Shown: positions 1 to 8,911, counted from the stretch's first letter. The stretch: DNA of 38,019 bases from Candidatus Margulisiibacteriota bacterium (GCA_034723395.1 JAYEOW010000031.1:1-38019); one strand, 5' to 3'. The notes: a model not told the origin generated them from the letters alone. Translations and numbers: made by a program.

Positions 1-368
1 CCGGGATCGCGGCGATATCGCTTTTAGTCGGTGGCATCGGGATCATGAATATTATGCTGGTAGCGGTGACCGAACGCATTCGAGAAATCGGCGTTCGTAA
101 AGCAGTCGGAGCAAAAAAGAGGGATATTCTAACCCAGTTTTTGATCGAGGCAGTTGTTATTAGTCTGCTTGGGGGGGTGGTCGGGATAATTGCCGGGGTG
201 GGGGTCTCTTCTTTAGCGATGTATGCTATCGGGTTGCCATTTATGATCTCGTACAAAACGATCTTAATCGCTACACTGGTTTCGGTTGCGGTTGGAGTTA
301 TTTCGGGAGTTTATCCGGCAATGAGGGCGGCTGCCTTAGATCCGGTCGAGGCCTTGAGGTATGAATAG
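1..368 (+). CDS. ABC transporter permease, MacB/FtsX family (3' part; 5' end outside window)
   Basis: The frame is open from the window edge (GIAAISLLVGGIGIMNIMLVAVTERIREIGVRKAVGA...DPVEALRYE), which is the typical FtsX-domain C-terminus of MacB-like permeases. Confidence 0.93.
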   Translation, partial: GIAAISLLVGGIGIMNIMLVAVTERIREIGVRKAVGAKKRDILTQFLIEAVVISLLGGVVGIIAGVGVSSLAMYAIGLPFMISYKTILIATLVSVAVGVISGVYPAMRAAALDPVEALRYE

Positions 369-476
369 CCCTCACCAAACGGTACTCTTCTGTTCAAATA
401 TCAAAATCGTCCCTCTCCCATAGGGAGAGGGAGTGATCCGAAATCCATTGGCTGATGAACGCTTGGGTGAGGGCTA
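366..476. repeat. BoxC/REP-like nested palindrome between convergent genes
   Basis: Outer inverted repeat TAGCCCTCACC (366-376) / GGTGAGGGCTA (466-476). Inner hairpin TCCCTCTCCC-ata-GGGAGAGGGA (410-432). Same architecture as 31772-31865. Confidence 0.8.
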
Positions 477-477
477 C

Positions 478-966
478 TTAGATCTTCTTGGACGGAGCAA
501 GCAGGTCTTTTATCTCTTTACTTAACGCTTCGCTTACGTTCTTGTCAAAATCGACATAAATATTCTTTATATTCCCCGGTTTATCGATGACAAAGAGGGT
601 AGGGAGAATAAGAATTCTATAGTCTTTTAGGGTTTTTAGTTTTTTATCGTGAAATATTTTATAGCTTAGGTTGTTTTCATCGATAAATTGTTTAAGTTTT
701 TTGGATTTGCGGTCAAAGGATACCCCGATAACTTTTAATCCCTTTTTTCCATACTTCTTTGAGAGTTCTTGTAAGAAGATCGCCTCTCCCTTACATGATT
801 TGCTAAAGCTGGCGAAAAAGTTTAGAATAATTACCCGGTTCCCCAGATATGGCTCGATCAATTTAAGCTCTGGAGGCGGAGAACCGATTTCTAAAGCAGA
901 TTTTGCTACAGTCGGCGAGATTAGGGCCAAGACTATGGCTGCTACTACAATTATTTTTCGAACCAT
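478..966 (-). CDS. Exported TlpA/AhpC-TSA family redoxin; atypical SxxC site
   Basis: ILNFFASFSKSCKGE (thioredoxin fold with the first Cys replaced), LPTLFVIDK. Start moved to ATG 966 because a signal peptide begins there (MVRKIIVVAAIVLALISPTVAKSA) and TATACT lies 8 nt upstream. Confidence 0.8.
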   Translation of the reverse strand: MVRKIIVVAAIVLALISPTVAKSALEIGSPPPELKLIEPYLGNRVIILNFFASFSKSCKGEAIFLQELSKKYGKKGLKVIGVSFDRKSKKLKQFIDENNLSYKIFHDKKLKTLKDYRILILPTLFVIDKPGNIKNIYVDFDKNVSEALSKEIKDLLAPSKKI

Positions 967-1010
967 CGAGTTAAAGTATACTCCCATATTTTTCCCTGTC
1001 AACAGTGAAC

Positions 1011-1892
1011 CTATACGACGAACCAATTTAATACTAAAGGGATAGTGATTATGCCAAGTAGAGTGCTTATGGCGATAATCGACGCTACCTCTTCGGTGTC
1101 GGCGTTATACTCTTCTGCGATCGCGATTGTTGTGATCGCTGAAGGGAGGGAAGAAGATAGGATAATTATCTTGCCTAAATTCCCTCCGATCTTAAATAGA
1201 AATACGATCAGCAAGCCAAGGCCAAGGCCGAGGCCGAGGCGGAGGGAGGATGCGATAAACGGGATCTTCCACGAGCTGATATTAATCGTTGCCAGCCGGC
1301 AGCCGATCAAAAACAGGGCGAGGGGGATGGTTGTTCCGCCGATCATATAAAGCGGTGAAAAAAGCAGAGCCGGGATCTTTATCCCGCTCGCTGCCAAAAA
1401 GATGCCGAGAAGGGCGGCATAAATGAAGGGCATTTTAAATATCTGCCATCGGTCTTTCCCCCTGGTCAATATATAGATCCCTAATGTAAATATCAGTGCC
1501 GCATTGGTTATATCATAAACGATCGCACGGCTAAAGCCTACTTCACCAAAAAGGAAGAGGGCTAAAGGATACCCGATAAAACCAGAGTTCATGAACATGA
1601 TCGGAAGGTAGGCGCCGGCGGGAACGCGGATCCGTAAAGCCTTGAAGATAAGCAGGCTGATCGCGCCGACCGCCAGGATAACAAAAGCGGCAGAAAATAT
1701 AATCGTAGATATTTCCTTCAGGCTCATCTGTTGTTTGGAAAGTAGGGTGAGCGCCATTGCCGGGGCGCTGACGTATATAATAAGATCGGCCAGGGTCTTC
1801 AGGTCGATCTTCCTGAATCTCCTAAACAGATATCCGGCGAAAGCAATTAGGAAAATGGGGAGGATGATCTCAAGTATCCTTGTTAGATCCAT
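1011..1892 (-). CDS. AEC (auxin efflux carrier) family transporter
   Basis: About 10 hydrophobic segments; motifs FMNSGFIGYPLA, TTIPLALFLIG, SSLPSAITT. Confidence 0.9.
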   Translation of the reverse strand: MDLTRILEIILPIFLIAFAGYLFRRFRKIDLKTLADLIIYVSAPAMALTLLSKQQMSLKEISTIIFSAAFVILAVGAISLLIFKALRIRVPAGAYLPIMFMNSGFIGYPLALFLFGEVGFSRAIVYDITNAALIFTLGIYILTRGKDRWQIFKMPFIYAALLGIFLAASGIKIPALLFSPLYMIGGTTIPLALFLIGCRLATINISSWKIPFIASSLRLGLGLGLGLLIVFLFKIGGNLGKIIILSSSLPSAITTIAIAEEYNADTEEVASIIAISTLLGIITIPLVLNWFVV

Positions 1893-2869
1893 AATATATC
1901 GCTCCGTTCAATATATTTTCGGGCCGATTCGGCGGCGGTTGCACCGTCGGAGGCGGCGGTAATGATCTGCCGCAGCGGTTTTACGATAATATCTCCAGCC
2001 GCGTATACGCCTTCGGCAGAAGTTTTCATGTTTTCATCAACTTTAATAAAGCCTTTAGCGTCTAATTTAACGATGTCTTTGACGATATCGCTGTTGGGGT
2101 TGCTGCCGATATAGACGAATATCCCATCGATGGGGATTTTGATCTTTTTCTTGGACTGCAAGTCAGAAAGGATGACCTCTTCTGCCTTTTGTCTCCCTTT
2201 GATCTCTTCGACCACGGAATTCCAAAAGAAATAAATTTTCGGGTCTGCGATCGCCCGGTCGCCCAATATTTTTTCTGCCCGCAACTTATCGCGGCGATGG
2301 ACTACCGAAACTTTCTTGCCGTAACGGGTCAGGAAAAGCGCCTCTTCGATCGCTGAGTTTCCTCCGCCCACGACCATTATATTCTTATCTTTATAAAAAG
2401 CGCCGTCGCAGGTAGCACAGTAAGAGACCCCGCGCCCGCGGAATTCGTCTTCGCCCGGAACTCCAATCTTAGCCGCCTCGGTCCCGGTGGCGATTATCAA
2501 GGCTTTGGCTGAGATGGATTTTCCGTCTACGGTTACTTCGCGGCGGTTCTTTTTGTTTATTACGTTGATCGCATTCCCCCAGCTGACATTAATCCCCAGT
2601 TTTTTTGCCTGGTCCTGGAAGCGCTGGCTAAGCTCCATACCGGAGATACCTTCCGGAAACCCGGGATAATTTTCGATGAAGTATGTTGTCGAAGCCATCC
2701 CTCCTAAGATCATTTTTTCGACCAGGAGGATATTTAATCCCGCTCTTTTAGCATAAAGGGCAGCGGTTAGCCCGGCGGGCCCGCCGCCAACGATAATTAG
2801 ATCGAGCATTTTTCCTTTCTCCTTAGCTGCCATCTTGGTTTTTGGTTTTATTTTTATCTGAGTTGTCAT
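1883..2869 (-). CDS. trxB: Thioredoxin-disulfide reductase
   Basis: GGGPAGLTAA, GVSYCATCDG (CATC), VVGGGNSA, HRRD, AAGD. Confidence 0.96.
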   Translation of the reverse strand: MTTQIKIKPKTKMAAKEKGKMLDLIIVGGGPAGLTAALYAKRAGLNILLVEKMILGGMASTTYFIENYPGFPEGISGMELSQRFQDQAKKLGINVSWGNAINVINKKNRREVTVDGKSISAKALIIATGTEAAKIGVPGEDEFRGRGVSYCATCDGAFYKDKNIMVVGGGNSAIEEALFLTRYGKKVSVVHRRDKLRAEKILGDRAIADPKIYFFWNSVVEEIKGRQKAEEVILSDLQSKKKIKIPIDGIFVYIGSNPNSDIVKDIVKLDAKGFIKVDENMKTSAEGVYAAGDIIVKPLRQIITAASDGATAAESARKYIERSDILWI

Positions 2870-2871
2870 AA

Positions 2872-3879
2872 TTAATCCGAAAAGACCGCTTTTCCCCTTC
2901 CCAGGACCGATATCTTTTGGTCCTTGAACGATACCTGGACTTTTTTACCGCTAAGCCGGTTGTCGGCCTGCACCGCGCCCGCATCACCTTCCAGGACTAT
3001 CTTTTGTTCTTTAGAATAATATTTGGCGCTCTTTCCCCAGGCTCTTATATCCTTGTATTTTACCTGAGCCCAGCCGGATAACTCAAGGAGCTTGTCCCTC
3101 TGCAGGTATTTAATGTTGGTACTTACAATTTCGGCACTCCCCCAAAAGACTTTAGGGCTTCCACGGGCTACGATGATGTCCTGGCTGCTGATAACTTCAA
3201 AGATCTTGGCTTCAACCGTAATGGGGGATGAGTTCTTGGGTTTTATAATTATTTTTGGATCACCTTTAAGGAAGATGTTCTCAAGTGCAACATCTGCCTG
3301 TAAATTCTCAGAATATCCGGTAACCTCACCTTTGTTTACCACTATCCCGCCGGTGCAGAGTAATTTTTGGTCATTAAACTTCCAGCTGCAATTTTTTGCC
3401 TTAAACCAATAGCCGGGGCCTTTTTTGTATAAAGCGGGGAGGTTGAAAATAGATTGGTTCGATTTTTTTATTTTTCTAAGGAGGCTTGAGATCTTACTTT
3501 CTAGTTTAACATCGTAGCCGAGCGGCTTGTCCATATAGATCTCTTTTTTCTTCATGTCCCAGAGGGCGGCGGGGGATATGAAACGCAGAACTGCTTCCCC
3601 CTTTTTGTAGAATGTCCCTTTTGAATCTCTTAAGGTGGCAATATCGGTCGATTTATTGACCATTGCATCTTTAGCGGTTAATTTCCAGTATTTTACTCCG
3701 GCTACCACCTCTTCAAAGCTGACATCTTTAAAGGTAAGGTCTGCCCGTTTTCCCTGTTCCTTTAAGGTCTTTTGTATCCTTTCTGAAATATCTTCTTTAG
3801 GAGAAAAGATCGCCCAATAAAATATGCCGGTAATAAAAACCAGGAAAGCGATAAGTAGTATGCGATAAGAAAGCTTCAT
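2872..3879 (-). CDS. LptC/LptA (OstA)-like beta-jellyroll protein with an N-terminal membrane anchor
   Basis: N-terminal TM helix, then YWKLTAKDA (LptC-like). C-terminal AKYYSKEQKIVLEGDAGAVQADNRLSGKKV is OstA-like. Lies in an operon with heptose genes. Confidence 0.65.
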   Translation of the reverse strand: MKLSYRILLIAFLVFITGIFYWAIFSPKEDISERIQKTLKEQGKRADLTFKDVSFEEVVAGVKYWKLTAKDAMVNKSTDIATLRDSKGTFYKKGEAVLRFISPAALWDMKKKEIYMDKPLGYDVKLESKISSLLRKIKKSNQSIFNLPALYKKGPGYWFKAKNCSWKFNDQKLLCTGGIVVNKGEVTGYSENLQADVALENIFLKGDPKIIIKPKNSSPITVEAKIFEVISSQDIIVARGSPKVFWGSAEIVSTNIKYLQRDKLLELSGWAQVKYKDIRAWGKSAKYYSKEQKIVLEGDAGAVQADNRLSGKKVQVSFKDQKISVLGRGKAVFSD

Positions 3880-3880
3880 T

Positions 3881-4555
3881 TTAAAATCCGAGCGCTTTTA
3901 GCCGAAGGGCTTCCATTCTTTCCAGGAATCCCTTCCAGCCGTCCCCTTTTTTGTAATAAGCTTCGGATAATAAAAGGTGGAGGGCGGCGACGTTGCTATC
4001 GATCTCTAACCCTTTTTTTACGTAATACATCCCCTTGTCTATATCTCCGAGCTCACCATAGATCAGCGATATATAGCCGTACGCCCAGACGTTATAAGGA
4101 TCGAGGATCAAGACATTCTTTAGTTCATGGATTGCCTCTTTTTTCATATCGTTAAAATAATAGGCAAAAGCGAGGCGGAAGCGGAGCTTCCAGTCTCCCG
4201 GGTCCTCAATAACTTTATTGATGTAGAGCTTCAATGCCCGGTCCTTAAATTTTGGATTAAGATCGTTTACTTTTTTCAGTTCGCTCCAGCCGTTTTGGAT
4301 ATGATTGGTATAAGCATAGGTTATCGCCAGGTCAAAATGCGCGTTCGGATCATTTGGGTTTTCGGCTACTGCCTCTTTCTTTGTATTAATTTCTTGCTCT
4401 AGTTCTTTATTAATCCTCCAAGCGTCCGCTGTAAATCCCAACATCAAAATTAAAAATCCAAAACAAATCCCAATTATTAATTTCCAGCTTGGAATTTTAG
4501 ATTTGGACCTTGTTTGGAAGTTTGAGGTTTGAAGTTTGAAGTTTGATTTTATCAT
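3881..4555 (-). CDS. TPR-repeat protein with N-terminal signal/anchor
   Basis: TPR patterns NPNDPNAHFDLAITY, DPYNVWAYGYISLIY, ALHLLLSEAYYKKGD. Confidence 0.85.
   Translation of the reverse strand: MIKSNFKLQTSNFQTRSKSKIPSWKLIIGICFGFLILMLGFTADAWRINKELEQEINTKKEAVAENPNDPNAHFDLAITYAYTNHIQNGWSELKKVNDLNPKFKDRALKLYINKVIEDPGDWKLRFRLAFAYYFNDMKKEAIHELKNVLILDPYNVWAYGYISLIYGELGDIDKGMYYVKKGLEIDSNVAALHLLLSEAYYKKGDGWKGFLERMEALRLKALGF
4433..4549. repeat. Imperfect palindrome with heptamer tandem repeat (GAAGTTT)n inside the 5' end of the TPR gene
   Basis: GAAGTTT GAGGTTT GAAGTTT GAAGTTT GATTT at 4517-4549. The left arm AAATCCCAACATCAAAATTAAAAATCCAAAACAAATCCCAA is loosely complementary to the right arm. Confidence 0.65.
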
Positions 4556-5958
4556 TTTCTTATTCCTTTCTTGATTTTTTCTATGATATTCGTAGTCGAC
4601 CTCCCTTTAATTGGGGGGATAATCACGACTTTTCCCTTTAGAGATTGTACCAGTTTCCTCTCGGGGAGCTGGCTTGCCTTATAATCCCCTCCCTTTACAT
4701 GGACGTCGGGTTTGATAAGTTTAATTAGGTTATCGGGCCTTGATTCTGAAAAGATCGTGACATAGTCGACAAATTCAAGCGAAGCCAAAACCTCTGCCCG
4801 TTCGAGTTCGGATACGTAAGGGCGCGAATCCCCCTTTAATCCCTTTACAGAATCATCGCTATTTAGGCCGATAATAAGAATATCCCCTAATTTTTTTGCT
4901 TCCCTAAGATATCGGACATGGCCTAAGTGAAGAATATCAAAACAACCGTTAGTAAATACGATCTTTGCTCCTTGATTCTTCAAGTTCTTGGAAATAGCAG
5001 AGATCTCTTTTCTGAGTTTTATTTTTCGGGCTGTTGGTTCATGTCCTTCCAGCGCCTCTTCCAGCTCTTCCCGATAGCAGGGGGCGGTGCCGATCTTTCC
5101 TACCACTACCGAAGCGGCGCTGTTTGCCAGGATACACGCATTTTTAACATTCGCTCCGGCGGCAACCGCCAGGCTTAAAGTAGAAATAACCGTATCTCCA
5201 GCGCCGGTGATATCGAAAACTTCGCGGGGGACCGAAGGGATATGCGTTGTTTTGCCTTTGGAAAAAAGAGACATGCCCTCTTTTCCGCGGGTAATTAAGC
5301 GTTGGGGAAATTTTAGCAAACCCTTTCCAGCTTCGGTCGCCTCTTTTAGGTTTGGAGTAACGATCGATGCGCCGCGATATTTTGAATAATCGGTCCCTTT
5401 AGGGTCGACCGCCACGAATTTTTTCTTTTTTCTGGCGATTCCGACGATCGTCTGCGCAGTTTTTTCGGTGACCATCCCTTTGCCGTAGTCAGAAATGATG
5501 ATCGCATCAACCTGCGGAATTAATTTTTTAACTTTTTGGAGAACCTTTTTTAGTAGATTTGAGGAAAGAATTGTGCGGTCTTCACGATCGACCCTTACCA
5601 AATGCTGAGAGCCGGCAATGATCCTTGATTTTAAAATTGTCGGGCGTTGATTATCTACAACTATATGTCGGGCGGGAATTTTTACTCCAGCTAAAGCTTT
5701 GCGTAGTTTATCTCCCGAGCTATCTTTGCCAATAGCGCCAACAAGATAGGGGGTACCGCCTAAGGCGACTACATTGGCGGCAACGTTTCCACAACCTCCA
5801 GGAACATGATCAATTCGCGAAACGTCTGCGATAGGGACGGGGGCTTCGGGTGATATACGCCCGACCTTGCTCCAGATATGCTCATCGAGCATCAGGTCTC
5901 CAAAGACTAAGACCCGTTTACCTTTGAGTTTGGGGATGATCTTTTTTAAGTTGTCCAC
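4552..5958 (-). CDS. hldE: Bifunctional heptose-7-phosphate kinase / heptose-1-phosphate adenylyltransferase
   Basis: GDLMLD...RISPEAPVP and VFDITGAGDT (PfkB kinase), plus FTNGCFDILHLGH and KGGDY (nucleotidyltransferase). Confidence 0.95.
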   Translation of the reverse strand: MDNLKKIIPKLKGKRVLVFGDLMLDEHIWSKVGRISPEAPVPIADVSRIDHVPGGCGNVAANVVALGGTPYLVGAIGKDSSGDKLRKALAGVKIPARHIVVDNQRPTILKSRIIAGSQHLVRVDREDRTILSSNLLKKVLQKVKKLIPQVDAIIISDYGKGMVTEKTAQTIVGIARKKKKFVAVDPKGTDYSKYRGASIVTPNLKEATEAGKGLLKFPQRLITRGKEGMSLFSKGKTTHIPSVPREVFDITGAGDTVISTLSLAVAAGANVKNACILANSAASVVVGKIGTAPCYREELEEALEGHEPTARKIKLRKEISAISKNLKNQGAKIVFTNGCFDILHLGHVRYLREAKKLGDILIIGLNSDDSVKGLKGDSRPYVSELERAEVLASLEFVDYVTIFSESRPDNLIKLIKPDVHVKGGDYKASQLPERKLVQSLKGKVVIIPPIKGRSTTNIIEKIKKGIRK

Positions 5959-5992
5959 GAAGGTTAATTATACCGTATTTGGAGCTATTTGT

Positions 5993-6034
5993 TCAATAAC
6001 CAATCGACTGCTGCGGCAAGATTTTCCGCGATAT
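5993..6034. repeat. 42-bp direct repeat, copy 1 (displaced 3' end of gmhB)
   Basis: TCAATAACCAATCGACTGCTGCGGCAAGATTTTCCGCGATAT, identical to 6720-6761. Confidence 0.95.
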
Positions 6035-6080
6035 TTTTATAAAACTTGTTTTTAAATAACCGGTTATGTATAATTAAACT

Positions 6081-6371
6081 GTGAATTTAAAAGAAACTAA
6101 AAACATAATAAGTACACATAAACCATTACTCAAAGATAGATTTAGAGTTAAGTCGATTAGTATTTTTGGTTCATTGTTAAGAGGTGAGCAAACAAAAGAG
6201 AGCGATATTGATCTCTTGGTAGAGTTTTACGAAACAATAGATTTGTTTAAGTTTCTTGATCTGGAAGAGTATCTGAGCAAGATTTTGGGTAGAAAAGTAG
6301 ATCTGGTGATGAAAGACACCTTAAAGCCCAGGATAAGGGATGGAATATTGAGGGAGGCGGCTGCTGTATGA
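6081..6371 (+). CDS. Minimal nucleotidyltransferase (MNT) antitoxin, MntA-like
   Basis: FGSLLRGEQTKESDIDLLVEF (GS-x10-DxD), 96 aa, overlaps the HEPN gene. Confidence 0.92.
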   Translation: MNLKETKNIISTHKPLLKDRFRVKSISIFGSLLRGEQTKESDIDLLVEFYETIDLFKFLDLEEYLSKILGRKVDLVMKDTLKPRIRDGILREAAAV

Positions 6372-6715
6372 AACGTGATTATAGGCTTTATCTTGATGAT
6401 ATTATCGAAGCCATCGGGAAGATAGAAAAATACACGAAAGGGCTTACTTTGGATGTGTTCAGAGAGGATGATAAAACTATTGATTCTGTGATAAGAAATT
6501 TCGAAATTATTGGTGAAGCGGCGAAGAATGTCCCTGAATCAATGAGGAAAGAGTACCCAAAGCTTCCATGGAAAGAGATGGCAGGGATGCGAGATAAGCT
6601 TATTCATGAATATTTTGGCGTTAAAACTGATATTGTATGGAAGACAATAAAAGAGAGATTATCTGAAGTAAAAGTTTTGAGCAAAGAAGTTTTGGAACGT
6701 ATGGAAAAGGACTAG
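6368..6715 (+). CDS. HEPN/DUF86 ribonuclease toxin, HepT-like
   Basis: RNFEIIGEAAK, PWKEMAGMRDKLIHEYFGV (Rx4H followed by the conserved Tyr). Confidence 0.92.
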   Translation: MKRDYRLYLDDIIEAIGKIEKYTKGLTLDVFREDDKTIDSVIRNFEIIGEAAKNVPESMRKEYPKLPWKEMAGMRDKLIHEYFGVKTDIVWKTIKERLSEVKVLSKEVLERMEKD

Positions 6716-7266
6716 CCCCTCAATAACCAATCGACTGCTGCGGCAAGATTTTCCGCGATATGATCGGGTTTTTCTGTCATCTTTTTTTTCTCTTCTTTGC
6801 CGCGGCCGCTTTCTACCAGGATTGTTTTGGTGCCGGCGCGCTTGCCGGCTTCGATGTCGGTTGCTTTGTCCCCAACCATAAAGGATTGGGAAAGATCGAT
6901 ATTAAGTTCCCGGTGCGCTCTCTTTATGAGCCCGGAATGGGGTTTGCGGCATTCGCATTCCTGTTTGTAAGGATAAACCCCGTGTTCGGGATGGTGAGGA
7001 CAATAGTAAACCCCATCCAGATGCGCTCCGCCGCTTAATATCCATTTGTGCAGGGTCTTATCGATGGTTTGCAGCATATCCTCGGTGATCAGCCCGCGTG
7101 CGACCCCGGCCTGATTGGTAATAACCACAACTTTATAGCCAGCCGCATTAAGTTTTTTTATCGCTTCAATTGATCCAGCGATAAATTGAATATCCCGATG
7201 TGAATTCAGGTAGCCCACATCTTCGATGATCGTGCCGTCCCGGTCGAGAAATACTGCTTTGTTCAC
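6712..7266 (-). CDS. gmhB: D-glycero-D-manno-heptose 1,7-bisphosphate phosphatase
   Basis: FLDRDGT (HAD motif), TNQAG, CPHHP...CECRKP, MVGDKATD. Confidence 0.95.
   Translation of the reverse strand: MNKAVFLDRDGTIIEDVGYLNSHRDIQFIAGSIEAIKKLNAAGYKVVVITNQAGVARGLITEDMLQTIDKTLHKWILSGGAHLDGVYYCPHHPEHGVYPYKQECECRKPHSGLIKRAHRELNIDLSQSFMVGDKATDIEAGKRAGTKTILVESGRGKEEKKKMTEKPDHIAENLAAAVDWLLRG
6720..6761. repeat. 42-bp direct repeat, copy 2 (within the 3' end of gmhB)
   Basis: Exact match to 5993-6034. Confidence 0.95.
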
Positions 7267-7835
7267 GAAAGGAAAAGCTCCTCTTCAATAAGACCGCAGA
7301 TAATGTGGCCGATTGTGATGTGGCTTTCCTGGATGCGGGGGGTATCTTTGGAAGGGATGGTTATCGAAAGGTCGGCAACTTCAGCAATCCTTCCGCCGCC
7401 GCAGCCGAGCAGTCCGACGGTTTTACAACCGAGCTCTTTGGCTTTTTCCAGTCCCTCGATTACATTCTTTGAGCCGCCCGAGGTAGAGATTCCGAAAGCG
7501 ATATCTCCCTTCGTGGCCAATCCTTCGACCTGCCGGGCAAAAATAGTCCCAAATCCGAAGTCGTTGGATAAACAGGTCAAGACCGAGCTGTTACTGGTCA
7601 GCGCGATCGCCGGGAGCGCTTTCCGGTCTTTCCGGTACCGTCCAATAAATTCGGCGGCAAGGTGTTGCGCGTCAGCGGCGGAACCGCCGTTTCCAAAAAA
7701 CATGATCTTGTTGCCTTGTTTTAATGCTTCAACTATCAGCTTTGCGGCTTGTTCTATCTGGGGAGCAAGGTTTTTAATCACTAATTTCTTGACTTCGATA
7801 CTTTCTTTCAGCTTTTCAACGATTTTATCTTGCAT
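7263..7835 (-). CDS. gmhA: Phosphoheptose isomerase
   Basis: GNGGSAADAQH, ISTSG, TPRIQESHI. Confidence 0.96.
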   Translation of the reverse strand: MQDKIVEKLKESIEVKKLVIKNLAPQIEQAAKLIVEALKQGNKIMFFGNGGSAADAQHLAAEFIGRYRKDRKALPAIALTSNSSVLTCLSNDFGFGTIFARQVEGLATKGDIAFGISTSGGSKNVIEGLEKAKELGCKTVGLLGCGGGRIAEVADLSITIPSKDTPRIQESHITIGHIICGLIEEELFLS

Positions 7836-7842
7836 ATTAATA

Positions 7843-7865
7843 ATTATAGCACAATGTGTTATAAT
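7843..7865. promoter_or_regulatory. Back-to-back extended -10 promoters for gmhA (-) and asd (+)
   Basis: TGcTATAAT on the minus strand (TATAAT 7848-7843) and TGtTATAAT on the plus strand (ending 7865). asd has a GGAGGG Shine-Dalgarno; gmhA has none. Confidence 0.7.
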
Positions 7866-7888
7866 TTTGCATTCGGAGGGATTAAAAT

Positions 7889-8911
7889 ATGGCTAAAAAA
7901 TATAATGTATGTGTATTAGGCGCTACCGGGATGGTAGGCCGGGTGATGACCAAAGTTTTGGAAGAGAGAGATTTTCCGGTTGATCGGTTTTTGCCTTTGG
8001 CATCCGAGAGGACCGCGGGGCAGAAAGTAACGTTTAAAGGGAAAGAGTATACGGTAGAAGTCGCTAAGCCAGAATCGTTTGAGGGGATGGAGATAGGGCT
8101 TTTTTCTGCCGGCGCTAAGATATCTAAAATGCTTGCTCCGGAGGCGGCAAAAAGAAAATGTATCGTGATCGATAACACCAGCCATTTCCGGATGGATCCC
8201 GAAGTGCCGCTGATCGTCCCCGAGGTTAATCCCCAGGCGATCAAAAAACATAAAGGGATCATCGCTAATCCAAACTGTTCCACCGCGCAAATGGTCCTCC
8301 CGTTAAAACCGATCTATGACGCGGTAGGGATCGAACGTTTGGTAATTTCGACCTATCAATCGGTTTCTGGTTGGGGAAAAGAGGCGGTGGCGGAGATGTA
8401 TTCGCAAACTGCCGCGCTGCTGGCCGATCCCAACGTAAAGGTCGAGGCGAAATATATTTTTAAACAGATTGCGTTTAATGTTGTTCCTCAGATCGATTCC
8501 TTCCTGGATAACGCCTATACCAAAGAAGAGATCAAAATGGTCAATGAGACCAAGAAGATATTCGAGGACGATTGCATGCGGATCACCGCGACCTGTGTGC
8601 GGGTGCCGGTTGCGGTCGGCCATTCGGAAGTGGTAAATATAAAGACCAAAAAGAAGATTTCGGTTGATGAAGTCCGCAGGCTTTTATCTGGATTTCCGAC
8701 GGTAAAAGTAGTGGATAACCCCGCAAAAGGGGAGTATCCGACCCCGATCGATTGTGAAGGGGTAGATGATACTTTGGTCGGGCGTATCCGCGAAGATATT
8801 TCTCAGGAAAACGGGATCGAGATGTGGATCGTTTCTGACAATCTCAGGCGCGGCGCTGCGCTTAACGCGGTCTTGATCGCTGAGAGAATGATCGCAGATA
8901 AACTTATCTAG
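7889..8911 (+). CDS. asd: Aspartate-semialdehyde dehydrogenase
   Basis: GATGMVG, IIANPNCST, STYQSVSG, CVRVPV, DNLRRGAALNAV. Confidence 0.97.
   Translation: MAKKYNVCVLGATGMVGRVMTKVLEERDFPVDRFLPLASERTAGQKVTFKGKEYTVEVAKPESFEGMEIGLFSAGAKISKMLAPEAAKRKCIVIDNTSHFRMDPEVPLIVPEVNPQAIKKHKGIIANPNCSTAQMVLPLKPIYDAVGIERLVISTYQSVSGWGKEAVAEMYSQTAALLADPNVKVEAKYIFKQIAFNVVPQIDSFLDNAYTKEEIKMVNETKKIFEDDCMRITATCVRVPVAVGHSEVVNIKTKKKISVDEVRRLLSGFPTVKVVDNPAKGEYPTPIDCEGVDDTLVGRIREDISQENGIEMWIVSDNLRRGAALNAVLIAERMIADKLI

Noticed and set aside
967..1026. Extended ORF-track starts at 1026, 9603 and 27823
   Set aside because: They overlap neighbouring genes or promoter boxes; signal peptides and promoter positions favour 966, 9540 and 27871.
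1214..1240. AGGCC(A/G) hexamer tandem repeat
   Set aside because: It is codon-phased and encodes LGLGLGLG in a TM helix of the AEC transporter.
6022..6049. Minus-strand ACAAGTTT-N12-GCGGAAAA, a possible extra sigma28-like site pointing at hldE
   Set aside because: The -10 lacks the GAT core and lies in duplicated gmhB coding sequence, and hldE has its own TATAAT. Probably chance, so it was not counted.
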